Positions 14,665 through 28,805 of a DNA stretch of 64,000 nucleotides are shown here, in pieces (the stretch's first letter is position 1; each line of letters starts with the position of its first letter). Source of the DNA: Eledone cirrhosa (Eukaryota); assembly GCA_964016885.1 (NCBI GenBank), contig OZ024752.1:44764001-44828000 (forward strand). Direction: 5' to 3'. Both the position numbers and the translations under genes were made by a program. Below the pieces are notes generated by a model. It worked only from the letters and a program-made list of their open reading frames with translations, was not told the origin of the DNA and ran no database searches.

Positions 14665-15403
14665 TGTTAATATTGAGTTAGTCGATGATTTCCTTCGTCT
14701 GCCGTTTCCTGTTGTCATTGTTGACCTAAGAATTTAGGTCTTTTATTCCATGATGACATGTGATAGCAACACTTAAGATGTGATTTGTTTAAGGAAGACT
14801 TAGCAGTGGAAATATCTGACTTTAGAAACCAGAGTTGTTGGGCATTTCTAAGGTTGCTTTTGCTTTTATCTTCCTTTATATTTCTTGTACTGTTTAGTCT
14901 GGGAAAGAGCAACAGCTATGACCTATTTCAGGGCTTCTGAGACCAGTGAGATGAAAGTAGTAAGGGAGGCAGGAAGGGAGGAAGCTATCTGCAAACGACA
15001 AGATTTGTGGTTCGAATGCTTATAACAGAGTGGACTTGACTAAAGGCACCCAAGGACCCAAGTGGTAATGGTGCTGTTAAACTGGGTCTACCATCTAAGT
15101 AGGGTACAGAGGGATTTGAAGTCAGAACACAAGGAGGCAAAACCAATATCACAAGGGGTTTTGTCTAATGCCTTGCCAATTTCACCAAGCCACTGACTTC
15201 AACTGGAACTTTCGTTTATAACCCTAAAAAGATGAAAGGCAAAGTTGACTTTGGTGAGATTTGAACTCGGAGCAAATAGAACCAAAACAAATACCACAAG
15301 ACAGTCTCTAAATACTGCCAAATTGAAGTTTCCTTATCTTACACAAGTGCTGTAGCATGGCCAAATAACTCACCAGATTTTGTGACACCTTATCGTCCTA
15401 TAT

Positions 15404-15445
<42 letters not shown>

Positions 15446-16549
15446 AAAAATAAAATCATATTCAGGTATGCAATATATTTCACACATTCCAAAATACAAC
15501 TTTCCCTCCAACCCCCTCTATATCTACATACTAAATAACAGGGAGCAGGGGTATGTGGTTATGAACCTCCCTCCTGAATCAAGGGGAGTAAGAGGTGTAG
15601 GTAAGGTATGCAAAGCCATTAGTCATTTTCCTAATTCCTTGGTCAATAGAAATAAAACAGCTTTAAAGTGAGAAAATATTTATACAACACAATTCTGCCA
15701 TAGCATGACAAACCAGCAACTTGTTTGATGAGGTTTCTTAAATATGTAAACAGTTACAATTGACTTGTGCACTCCTGAGTGTAGGTCACGAGTGCCACTC
15801 GAGAGAGTCGTCTGTAGCACTCCAGAGTGCGAGGAACAGTGTGTAAATGTTAAATTTAACTTGTTGCACTCAAGAAACTGGGTCATAAATGGCACTCAAG
15901 AGAGTGGGTCATAAATAGCACTCAAGGGAGTGGCGTGCAAGAACACTGAACTATAAATGTTGGATTCTACTTGTACACTTGAGAGTGTGGGTCATGGCTG
16001 GGCACAAAAATATAAAATAAATTTACTGTTCTTATACCAATGTAGGTTTAGCTGAACTTCTATGATTTAGAACCCATCACCCAGTTCAATAACTGAACAC
16101 GAGACGTTATGATCTCAAACCCAACACTCTAACCACTGGATTACACACCTTCACAATGACAGAGGATTGGACGTAAATATTGAATTTAATTTGTGCACTC
16201 TACAGTGTGGGTCAAAAATGAGTGGGAGGTGAACGGGAGGGGTGGAGGTGGAGATGTTTCAATCAAATTAGAAGGAAAGAGAAAATTAAAAAAACAATAG
16301 ATTAATTAGCCAAAAGCTGATACAATAAAGAAAATGTAAAGATATAAATGTAAAATGTTCTATTTCAATATAACATTTCTATGTTGTTTGAACATGAAAG
16401 TGTAGCAGTACCATAGAATATAAATAACACAGAATGGTTAAATAAGGAATGGCTTAACAAGAAATACTAATGAAGAATATCTGTGTATGGAGAGAAAAAT
16501 ACACACACACACACACATATATATATATAAACACATCTTGATATATTCC

Positions 16550-16581
<32 letters not shown>

Positions 16582-16730
16582 CACAGATAGATATATTCAC
16601 ACACACACATATATATATATATATATTCACACACACACATATATATATATATATACACACACACACAAATATATATGTATACACACACACACACAAATAT
16701 ATATATATATATGAATATATATACACACAC

Positions 16731-16789
<59 letters not shown>

Positions 16790-19475
16790 GATATATATAT
16801 ATATATATGGACTTGTAACTCCTCATGGAATGTAGGGGTGCCATCTTGGACATTTGAAACATGGCAGAGCCCAACCCTCTACACAAGGCCAGCAATTACC
16901 CTAGTGCATTACTGGTACATTATTTTATCGACCACGTAAGGATGAAAGAAGGTAAAGTTAACCTTGATGGGATTTGAACTCAGAACACAAAGGGCCATAA
17001 CTCTATGCTACAGAGCATGGCGTCTGACGCTCTACCAATTCTGCGATGCAGTCAAAGTGGTGTTTTGTATTGTCAAGTATGTCCTAGTAATTTGGTTTTA
17101 TAGAAGAATGTTAAGAATTAATGAACTTAAACCAGAAATGGAATCTGGTGTTGTTTTAACCTAGTTTCTTTCTTTTGTTGCTTCTTCTTCTTCTTCTTCT
17201 TCTTCTTCTCTTTCATTCCTTTTTCATTCCATTCAATTTCTTTTTAATTTTCTTTCTCTATCAGTGGACAACATTTATCCTCCTCCTTCTCACCACCACC
17301 ACTACACCACACCACTACACCACCCTCACTACACCACACCACCACCACCCTCACTACACCACACCACCACCCTCACTACACCACACCACCCTCACTACAC
17401 CACACCACCACCACCCTCACTACACCACAACCACCCTCACTACACCACCATCACCACCACCCTCACTACACCACACCACCACCACCATCACTACACCACA
17501 CCACCACCACCCTCACTACACCACACCACCACCACCCTCACTACACCACACCACCACCACCACCACCACCCTCACTACACCACACCACCACCACCCTCAC
17601 TACACCACACCACCACCACCATCACTACACCACACCACCACCACCATCACTACACCACCACCAGGGCCGTCTTAACACCACCAGAGTAAATACAATAGAA
17701 ATAGAACCACTAACGACCACACTGCATGTGTCCAAGACACACAGCTGTGCTCAGCAAGACAATAACAATACACCAAAATATAATTATCATCATTTTACTG
17801 TACAATTTCCATAATGATGATAATGGTGGTTTTGTTGGTGATGATGATGATTGTGTTGATGATGGTGATGGTGATGATGATGATTGCGATGGTGATTGTC
17901 AATGATGGTGGTGATGATGTTGACAATGATGGCGATGAAAAACAAAAGGAATGCAGTGGCCATTATTATTGATTAATGAGAGAGAGAGAGAGAGAGGTGA
18001 GAGAAAGAGAGAGAAAGAGAGAGAGAGAGAGAGGTGAGAGAAAGAGAGAGAGAGAGAGAGAGGTGAGAGAAAGAGAGAGAGAGGTGAGAGAGAGAGAGAG
18101 GTGAGAGAGAGAGAGGTGAGAGAGAGAGGTGAGAGAGAGAGAGGTGAGAGAGAGAGAGGTGAGAGAGAGAGAGGTGAGAGAGAGTTGAGAGAGAGAGAGA
18201 GAGGTGAGAGAAAGAGAGGTGAGAGAGAGAGAGGTGAGAGAGAGAGAGGTGAGAGAGTGGTGAGAGAGAGAGAGGTGAGAGAGAGAGAGAGAGGTAAACT
18301 GTTGCCAAGTGAAAGGAATGAAATAACAGTCTGCGATTAATAAAGATAAAAGAATATTAGGGGAACAACAACAAAATAAGATAAAGTCTGTATAATGATG
18401 TAGACACGACCCCCCCCCCCCCCTTCTGTTTAATTTGGGGTGTGACCCCCTCCACAACACCTCCTTTATATAACAATAGGATATTGGCGCATCATCATTT
18501 TCGGTTTAATTCTGCCTCTTTCTCTCTCTCTCTCTTTTCCCCTTTCTCGACCTCTGCTTGCTTGTCTACCTACCCACCTACCCACCTATATATCTACCTA
18601 CCTACCTATATACCTACCTACCTATCTTTCGACCTACCTACCTACCTATATACCTACCTACATACCTATATATCTACCTACCTACCCACCTATATACCTA
18701 CCTACCTACCTACCCACCTATATACCTACATATCTACCTACCTACCTATCTTTCGACCCACCTATCTTCCTATATATCTACCTACCTACCTACCTAACTT
18801 TCGACCTACCTACCTATATACCTACCTACCTACCTACCCACCTACCTATTCTTCAGCATTCTTATTGTTATTTTGATATTGTTTATGTTGTTCTTCAAAG
18901 CCTGCTCAAGTGAGTTTGAAGGAAGGATTTTAGATAAATATAAACACTTAGTATCACAAACCCAGAAGCAGTTTTGTATGGTTTCATATCAAATGGATTG
19001 AAGAACCAAAGAACCATTCTTTTGGGAATAACATGTACAGAGAGAAGTTGTCTAAGATGTTATTTCACCATAAATATGGAACTTTTCAATGAAATCAAAA
19101 AAAAAAAAAAAAAAAAAATAGTAAATATTATTTCCTCGTTGAATATGTAAAGTGCTAAGTCATTTCTTTCTCTCTCAGTTTATTTTGTCAACATAATCTT
19201 TTTATATTCAACTTTCTTTGAAAACATCTTCAGATGAACCAAATGGTTGCACTACTTTTAACTGTATAACAAAAGATCTTTTTCTTATTTTTCATTTCAG
19301 AGATGTACTTGTCTGGCAAGTGACCTCTTCTCAGTCTTGGGTTGAAACTAAAGCAATTATATCATGGAAAAATCTTTTTAGCTATTCAAAAACACACAAA
19401 CACTGTTATCTTCACTTTAAATTCTTTACATATTGGATTGGTGACTTGATCAGAGACTGTCTATTGAAACTAAAG

Positions 19476-19800
19476 TGGTAGAAATAAGTTGCAATGTCAC
19501 TGGTACCAAGCTGTATCAGCCATTGCCTTTCCCTTGGACAACACCATAAACAGTATATATATAGAATATATAGTTTATATATAAAGTATATAGACTATAT
19601 ATATATGTTGTGATGTCACTGGTGCCAAGCTGTATCAGCCATTGCCTTTCCCTTTGAACAACATCGGTGGCGTGGAATGGGGAGACTGGTTTGCATGGGT
19701 GACTGTTGGTCTTCCACAAATAAAGCTTGCCCAGGCTTGTGCCTTGGAGGGGAACTGTCTAGGTGCCAAACCATGGTTATTCCCAACCGATGGGGGCCAT
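19476..19800 (+). mobile_element. SINE 3' body fragment with an internal direct duplication of about 50 bp
   Basis: ATGTCACTGGT(A/G)CCAAGCTGTATCAGCCATTGCCTTTCCC at 19494 and 19613, separated by TA-rich filler. Preceded by GTAGAAAT(A/G)AG as in SINE-B. Confidence 0.55.
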
Positions 19801-20166
19801 TTACTTGATAATTGTATTGTTTGGTTACTGAATGTTTGGCAAATGTTAATAGATTGTAAAACATATGTTGTAAGACATAGGGCTGTTTTTGAGGTAATTC
19901 TTTACATTTGGATGCCTTTTTTAATGCCAACCCCTTTAGTTGCTTCTTAGGACATGCAAAAATATGGTGTACTGTTTTTAAACCTGATACACAACAACTA
20001 CATACATATATATATACATATGTATGTGTGTGTGTATATATATATATATGTATATATATGTATATATATATATATATATACAGAAGTGAAAACCAACCAA
20101 ACAGTGAGTGTGTTCTGTTATTATTTCTGGCAATATTATTACAACAATATGACCCTCCTCTAGTAT

Positions 20167-20213
<47 letters not shown>

Positions 20214-20476
20214 TTACATAGCAATAAATAATATATATACAAAGCTGTTTCTATACCAAAATAGCAATACCTTTATTTGGTAGAGGAGGGGAGGGGGTAG
20301 AGAAAGAGAAAATGTATGTCTGGAGTTATTTATTAATGTGACTGTGCTTGCAAGTTGCAGCTGCAGTGTTGCACGTGGACGAGTTATTAAATCTGAATGG
20401 AAAGAATACAACACTAATAAAAAACAAAACAAAATAAAAGGTAATGAAAAAATAACCTTGACACACATATATATAT

Positions 20477-20515
<39 letters not shown>

Positions 20516-20566
20516 GTTTAACGTCCATGTTCCACGCTTGCATGGGTTTGGACGGGAGTTTTAGGG

Positions 20567-20904
20567 ACATGGCTTAGTGGTTAGAGCATTGGCCTTGCAA
20601 TCGAAAGGTTGTGAGTTCAATTCTCAGACCGGGTGATGTGTTGTTTCCTTGAGCAAGACACTTTATTTCACATTGCTCCAGTTTACTCAGCTGTAGAAAT
20701 GAGATGATAGGGACTGGGGTCCCTATCATTCCACTGCAAAGTGGTCGTGGGGGTGCCACGGCAAAAAAAGCACCCAGCACTCACTGTAAATGAGGTTGGT
20801 GTTAGGAAGGGCACCCAGCTGTAGAAATCAAGCCAGAATCAGTTCCCGTCCCACCCTTGCAAGCAGGGAACAAGCGGACGTAAAATGATGATGATGATGA
20901 TGAT
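20567..20904 (+). mobile_element. tRNA-derived SINE, family B (about 340 bp) with RTE-type (GAT)n tail
   Basis: A-box TGGCTTAGTGG, B-box GAGTTCAATTC, CORE-like CCTTGAGCAAGACACTT. Near-identical to the copies at 28448 and 52703. Confidence 0.9.
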
Positions 20905-20972
20905 ATATATATACCAACCCACACTGACATATATATATAGACATAAACAGATAGACACCCAGAATAAGCGGG

Positions 20973-21004
<32 letters not shown>

Positions 21005-21372
21005 TCAGGTTTGAGGTTCACCACTGTATAGAGCTGGTTTATTCCGTATGGTCAATCGTAATGCAATAATATAGAGAGTACTCAATGTAAGGCAGTTCAA
21101 CCGTCTTTGTTTTTGTAGCTGGTGGTGCTATTACGGAGTTAAATATTATAATGAAAGGACAGTAGGCTGGATTTGTGTAAATCCTTGAAAGGTTTATTAT
21201 ACTATGATCATTGTCCTTTCATTATAATATTATATATATAGAAATCAAGCCAAAATCAGTTCTGTATGAGCAAGACATGGTCACCTGACCTGGCATTGCC
21301 CACAGCAGGACAAGTTGTCTAACCCATGCTAGCATGGAAGAATGGACGTAAAACAGTGATGATGATGACTAA

Positions 21373-21473
<101 letters not shown>

Positions 21474-21876
21474 CAACACTGTTGCCAGAGAATGTTTTAG
21501 AATACTTCCCCCACCCCCACCAATTCTTAATACAAAAACTTATGTTTTTGACAGATCACAGCCTTCATGTGACAGACAGACAAAATGGCTGTACAATTAT
21601 TATAATATAGGTCTGCACTGAATTACACAATCTTTGACCTTATTACTTACTATAGTGTTTTAAACAATGTCTTGTTTGTTTGTCATAACGTAATCTATTC
21701 CACTGCAACTCAGGAAAAACAGACATTATTCCACTCAAAGAATAAACCAATCCAGTTTACCAACAGACAAGCTGACCTTAAGATTGTAGTAACTAAACAG
21801 AAAAACAAATATGATGGTAGGCAGAAATTAGTAAGAATTTGGAAATATTTAGTAATATAACTAATGTAGACACTAT

Positions 21877-22463
21877 TAACTCTTTAGCTGGTCACTCATA
21901 CCTACATTAACCCTTTAGCATTTACATTATATATATTATTGTATTTTCATGGTAACGGTTTTATCTTACATAATTATCTCACATTATAACGACTCTGAGA
22001 TTTTGATAGCATTTATTTTAAGAATAATACCTTAACGTCTGTATGAGAAGTCAGTTATGGCTGGTTTGAACATAAAGAGGTGAGAGAATTCTGGCCGGTT
22101 TAAATGCTAAAGGGTTAAGGTATGGTTCTCAAAATAAATAACATCAAAATCTCATAGGTTCGATATTATGTGAGATAAAGTCTTTACTGTGAAAATACAA
22201 TATTAAATATAGAATAATGTAAATACTAAAGGGTTAACCCTTTCACATTTCCATTAAGCTATAGTTACTATTATATTTTCATGGTAAAGTCTTTACTTCG
22301 CGTAATTACCTCACATAATATCGAGTCTATGATACTTTGATAGTATCTATTTTGAAAACAATACATTAACATCAGTATGAGTGGCCAGTTGCAGCCAGTT
22401 TGAACAGAAAGAAGTGAGAGAATTCTGGCCGGATATAGCAGGGTTTAAATGCTAAAGGGTTAA
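21877..22463. mobile_element. Cluster of three nested or abutting MITE family 1 copies
   Basis: A plus copy (21907-22118) sits in the internal TTAA of a minus copy (~21877-22237). A third copy (22234-22463) shares the terminal TTAA. Confidence 0.85.
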
Positions 22464-24417
22464 ACTGCCCTTGGTTCTAGTATTGAGAACTAAATTAAAA
22501 CCTTCCAACACAAATTTATGTAAGAACTTTGTTGTCATGTTCTTAACACCAATTTAATGCAAAAGATATTTTACTAAAATCATCCAAATACTTGATTATT
22601 TTCAAAATTAATTGAAACACATTCAATGTATTTCATGAGAAATATGGCCATGAAAAGTTAAAGACTTTCAAGAGACAAGAAAGTGAAGGCCCATAGTCTA
22701 GTGGTTAGGGTGTTAGACTCATGATCATAAGGCCGTGGGTTGAGTCAATGTACCAGATTGTGCATTGTGTTCTTCAGCAAGACACTTCATTTTACATTAC
22801 TGTAGATGAAAGACTCATGTGAGATAAAATGTTGTAGGAAGTCAGCTGAACCTACATTAGTTTTAAGCTGTCTTTCATTTTCCATTTCAACACCAACACC
22901 TGATGTTTTAAAAGGTAGAAGGTAGACTTAGATTAAAACAACTTGCCAGAAAATAAAACTGAAAAAAAAAACAACAAAAATAATAATAACACAAAGGAGT
23001 GTGTGTGTGTGTGGGTGGGGTGGGGGTGGGGGGGCATTGTCAGTGAAATTAAATTATCTTTCATGTTCTTTCAATTGAGTTGATGACCACCATAGTGTTT
23101 TGCCATTATTTGTACAGGAAACTTGTCAATATCTGAATAGGCAGGCAAGGAAATCAACTTGTCAAATGTCATAGTCAGGAATATAACAAGCTGCAATCAG
23201 TCTAACTTGGAGGATTTATTTAAACTTGTTAACATCAGAGACACACAGACAGACTTTTCTTACATTCATGTGTTAGAAGAGAAACATGACTAGGCAGGGC
23301 AAATGTTAACCACAACTGACTTTAGTGAAAGATGGCTCTACTTGACAGATTAATTCAACATTTCTCAATCTATCTTGATATTTCAACACTATCGTTATAT
23401 TTCTAATAAAAGACTCTACTTATGATTTTCAATTAATTTTGAAAATAACCAAGAATTTGGCTTTCTCGTTATATAACTTAGTATTTGGAACCTAGAGGTT
23501 CTTATATAAAATTATGATGGAAAGTTTTTAGATAAATATAAACACTCTAACCCTTATATTACCATAATTCTAATGAAAAACACTATGAATTTCAAATAAT
23601 TTTGAAAATAATCAAGATAATTGAAGGATTTAGTAATACAACCAAGTTTCTCATTCCTAAGGTGATGATTAGAGCATAATTTAACCCTTTAGCATTCACA
23701 TTACTCTATATATACTTTACCTCACATAATATTGAGTCTATGAAAATTTGATATTTATTTTGAGAACAATACCTTAACATCAGTATGAGTGACCAGTTGC
23801 AGCCAGTTTGAACAGAAAGAGGTGAGAGAATTCTGGCCAGATATGGACGGTTTAAATACTAAAGGGTTAACAAAGGTTCTTATATAGAACCAACCATTAG
23901 CAACATACAAATATTTCTAGAACCAACCAACCAACCAACCATCTTTTTTTTGTTTGTTACAAACCACATATCATGTTAAATTAAGAATCCCTTATATTTT
24001 ATAGTTGAAGTTCTACTGAAACGATATTTATCTGCTAAAATAATTTAACCTATTTCATCCTTTCAGAAATTCCATAAATAGAAGAGAAACTAATACAGAG
24101 AAAGGTTTTCCATCACCTGACATCCAGTGAAAGGAAAGATATGAATATTTGTATTAAAGATTTATGTAACATATTTAGAATGGAGGGAATAAAAGGAGAA
24201 TGTGTTGTATGTTTGTTGTTTTTTTGGGGGGAAGGTTGTTGTTGGGTGGGGTGTGGGGTGTGATGGAAAGCTAACACTTCTGCTTCAGCAGGGGAAATAT
24301 GGATGTAAAATGTGTGTGTATGTGTTTGTGTGTGTGTATGTATGTATGTGTGTGTATATGTGTGTGTGTGTATATGTATATGTGTGTGTATGTATATGTA
24401 TGTATGTGTATATGTGC

Positions 24418-24465
<48 letters not shown>

Positions 24466-26856
24466 ATGTATGTATATGTGTGTATGTGTATGTATATGTG
24501 TATGTATGTGTGTGTATATATATGTATGTATGTGTATATGTGTGTGTGTGTATGTATGTGTGTATATGTGTGTGTATATGTATGTGTGTGCTCCACCCTG
24601 TTTCTTACACCTTCCCTTCAATATCCAATACGTAAGAACCCCCCAATAAAAGGAACCAATCTAGATATTACCATTCACCAGAATCTATTTAGTCAGGTTT
24701 ATGAGATCCCCCATATAAATAAAACTACAAGATGGTTCAATAGAATTATTACAGCGGCAACTAGGGCAGTGGATTGATAGAATCGGTAGAGCGTCCTGGT
24801 TATTTGTAGAATCTAGAGAGCTTTCTGTGTGATATTGGTTCAGACTTTTGATGTTCCGTGTTGAAATCTTGCCAAGGTCAACTTGGCTTTTTATCCTTCT
24901 GAGGTCAATAAAATAAAGTAACAGTGAAATATATCCAAATATATATATGTACACAGACAGACATACATACACACACACAGACACACACACACACACACAC
25001 AAACACAGATACAAAATATTAATATAATAATAATAATGAAATTATTGTGTACAGTGCTCAGGTGCACTACAACTCATCAAAGGTGCATGTATAGTACATA
25101 GAATGATGTACAAATGTCGGGAAAATGAACAGAAATGTACGAGTCATTATATACATGTGTGTGTAGGGGGGGGGGGGTATCAGGCAAAATTTTGTAAATA
25201 TTTCAGGGGTGGAGAAAGAAAAAGTAGTTTCCAGTTGACAGAGGGACACCATTTTCTTTTCTAACAGACACAAACCAGAGTTGGTGTCTATTCTACCATT
25301 ATTTACTCCTACTCTACCATTTTGTCATTATATATTTGAACTTTGAGTTGTTAGTGTGTTTTAACTGCAACAATCAGGTCAATTAGGTCAAGTCTTTGGC
25401 CAATGACGACATAATACTTCATGTAATCATTTCCGGAAGTTGGCACAAACTGAAAAAAATCCGCTTTCTTAAAAGTTAAGAGTGATTTGAACAAAAAAAA
25501 AAAAAAAAAAAAAAGCCTAGCCAAAGATATATTTATATATACATACACATGAAACAAATGTATATTTATATACATATACATGAAGCAAACATTTATATAT
25601 ATACACATAAAACAAACGTATATTTATATATACATACACATTAAACAAACATATTTATAAACATACAAAGAGAGAGAGAGAGAGCAGTTTATTTTTCAGA
25701 AGTCTGACTGTCCTTACAAGACACTGTCTACCATTTTCAAATAATTTTGAAGCAAGAATTTGAAAGGTATTAATTAATATAGCTTTCTCATTAATAAACT
25801 GGTGTTTGGAATGTAACTTAATAAAGGTTCTTACATAGAATTATGATGTAAGGTTTTTAGATGAATATAAATACTCTAACCCTTTCATTGCCATATTTCT
25901 AGAAAGAACTACCAATTATATTTTGAATAATTTTGAAAATAATCAAGTGTTTGGTAATATAAACCAACTTTCTCATTAAGTTGGTGTTTGGTGTGTGTAT
26001 GTGTTTGTGTGCTGGTGTATGTGTGTTTGTGTGTGTATGTGTACGTGTGTGTGCCTGTGAATGTGTGTGGATGTATCTTTATGTGCCTGTGTTTGTGTGT
26101 GTATGTGTGTGTGTGTGTGTATGTATGTGCCTGAGTGTACCTGTGTTTGTGTGTTTATGTGTGTGCTTGTGTTTGTGTGTGTGTATGTGTGTATGTGTGC
26201 CTGTGTATGTGTGTGGATGTCCACGTCTGTGTTTTATTAATTAGCAAATTAAATTAAACATTGTAGAAAGACAGCAAAGGAGGAGCCTGTATCCTGTCAT
26301 TGCTGCTACACAGTATTTCATGACGACACTTAACTGTTTGTACTGCACCAGTCCACTTAGCTGTAAGTAGGTACCACCACAAGATGAAATACTTCACCAC
26401 TGTAAACAACACTATCAGCTAGAAGCTTTCATTAACCACCCACAGTTACTAAATTCAGCTTCTCTTGTAGGTTGAGGACCAATGGTGCCCCACACTTTAA
26501 CCCAGCAGCCACCCATCTCTAGGTCACTCATTGTATTGTCAATAAAAAAATAGTTTAAATAAATTGTGAATTTTGGTATTGTTGATTATATATAACGAAA
26601 TGAGAGAGAGAGAGAGAGAGAATGTGTTTGTGTGTGAAAAAAGAAAGGGAAAGAGAGGAGGAGGAGAAAGTGAGAGAAATACAAAAGGAGAGACAGAGGG
26701 TGAGAGAGAGAGAAAAAGAAAAGAGAAAGAAAAATATGAAAAAAAAAAAAGAATTAGAGAGAGACAGAGTAAAGAAAGAGAGAGAAGAAAAAGAAAGAAG
26801 CATTTAATAGAAACGTGTGGGGGTGGGGGGGAGATGAAAAATGAAGGGTTTCTTAC

Positions 26857-27886
26857 CAAAGAACATGATTGCTAAGAACAGGAAGCTGCTGCCAGATCCA
26901 TGAAGGGCTGCTAGTACAATTCCAATAATTACACAACAAATACCAAGCATTGATAGAAGAATCAACACATATTTGAAAGATGTTATGGCTGTTAGACATT
27001 TCAAACATGGTGCTTTACAGTTCCGTTCAGTCTGTTGTGAGGAATTATTTCGGCTTCTTGTCCGTGCAGCTGGTCGAGAAGGCTGATTTACATGATTGCG
27101 TTGCCGCTGTGCATTTCGGTCACCGTTTCTAGTCCTTACTTGTCGATCGTTACGATTTCGATGCATATTAGGGCGAGAAATGGCTACCGGCCTGCCAACC
27201 ATGTGTGAGTTAAGAATATCAGGAAGGATTTCATTGGCGCTGGTCGTCTCACCTCCATAGACACCAGCATGGAGATCTCGAGTCCTTATAGGCTGAGCAC
27301 GACCGAGCATAGGTTCGTCAAGTGGACTCCAGTTGGAGGCAACCAGGTCGACATCCCCTTCTTCCGGGAAAGGGGGATGTCGACCATTCCCAAGTAAATG
27401 AACATTTTCTTCCCGATTGTTTTGGTGTCCAGGTTCATCAGCAGCATGTGGTCTGCCGTCTGCAATATTTCCTGCAGCACCAGCACCACCACCACCACCA
27501 GCTACTCCACCTGCTGCTCCATTCCCCCCACCCGAAGTCGATAACTGTAACCCTCCAAACTGGGCCCCACTTGCACCACCTATATTATTCGAAGATGCAC
27601 CGGCAGCAGCCTGGTGGTTGTCCCGGAATGGAGGGTAGACAGAACGTCCATTGGAGCTGGATATCACATCTGATGCCGGCTGTCTTTGGCCATCAATCCG
27701 CGCGACGTTGCGCGTCGGTCGATGGCGGCCAGCAATCAGTGATTGTACACTGGTTTCACCAGACACAATGTCAGGATAGGAGTTTAGTGGATGGGTTGCT
27801 GGACCTGTCGAGTTGCTGGATGTATTCTTTTTCGGCTTGTTTCTTGCTTGAGGGGCGACAGTATCAGTCGTCAAGGCACCTGCCAT
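26857..27886 (-). CDS. First coding exon of a two-TM, PPxY-containing membrane protein (disordered N-terminus, Cys cluster, TM1, first half of TM2)
   Basis: Non-repetitive 360-aa ORF. ATG in strong context (AAGAATGG). Donor TTTG|GTAAGA at 26857/26856, phase 1. The hydrophobic segment ...SFLFLAIMFFG continues in frame into the exon starting at 4564. Confidence 0.9.
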
Positions 27887-28021
27887 TCTTGTAAGCCATA
27901 TAGCAGACTATTGAATCAACAACCAAATATTAAAGACTTTTCTTCCTCCGTCTAAGTCATTTCAAGAACCTCGTTTATTTTAATTCACCAGCAGTAACTG
28001 TAATAAGTTGAATCAAGAACC
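27887..28021 (-). other. 5' UTR portion of the first coding exon
   Basis: Acceptor-like ttcttatctattgcAG|G at 28022/28021, 135 nt upstream of the ATG, implying an upstream non-coding exon. Confidence 0.6.
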
Positions 28022-28327
28022 CTGCAATAGATAAGAATATATATATATATATAAATTTATATAATCCATAAATATTTTAGGAAATAATCTAATACAATAA
28101 CAGTAACAACAATAAGAAGAATTTTAAGACCATTTTCCCTACTAATGCAAGGTTTAGCTTTGTAAGCCTCATGTTAAACTTTATAGTCATCATGATGTCA
28201 TGATCACAGCTTAAAACACTCATAGAGAGACTCTTGTATGTTTATTATACAGAAACTTCATATATACCTTCATATACACCTTATTATGAACTACGCTATG
28301 TTAGTGCCACAGCTAATTAATCCTAGC

Positions 28328-28412
28328 CAGGACTAGAACAGTTTCACTCAAAAGAAATCATCAGGAAAGACAGCCCTGATAATTTCTTCTGAATGAAACA
28401 GTTCTAGTCCTG
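28328..28412. repeat. 38-bp inverted repeat with hammerhead-like CTGATGA...GAAA...GTC arms
   Basis: Arms 28328-28365 and 28375-28412 differ at 4 positions, 9-nt spacer. The right arm and its flank match the reverse complement of about 1553-1594. Confidence 0.75.
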
Positions 28413-28447
28413 TAGAAGCCATTTCTATATTAAATATATATATATAT

Positions 28448-28805
28448 GGAGGCACATGGCTTAGTGGTTAGAGCATTGGCCTTGCAATCGAAAGGTTGTG
28501 AGTTCAATTCTCAGACCGGGTGATATATTGTTTCCTTGAGCAAGACACTTTATTTCACATTGCTCCAGTTTACTCAGCTGTAGAAATGAGATGATAGGGA
28601 CTGGGGTCCATATCATTCCACTGCAAAGTGGTCGTGGAGGTGTCACGGCAAAAAAGTACCCAGCACTCACTGTAAATGAGGTTGGTGTTAGGAAGGGCAT
28701 CCAGCTGTAGAAATCAAGCCAGAATCAGTTCCCGTCCCACCCTTGCAAGCAGGGAAAAGCGGACGTAAAATGATGATGATAATGATGAGGATGACAATGA
28801 TGATA
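28448..28805 (+). mobile_element. SINE family B copy
   Basis: Starts GGAGGCACATGGCTTAGTGG in a (TA)n context and ends GGACGTAAAA(TGA)n. Confidence 0.9.

Noticed and set aside
27322-27894. 190-aa and 73-aa plus-strand ORFs (also 2891-3229, 3517-3795)
   Set aside because: Antisense shadows of the GC-rich real exons.
28448-28520. tRNA gene
   Set aside because: A and B boxes are present but there is no proper cloverleaf or acceptor stem; it is a SINE head repeated in three copies.
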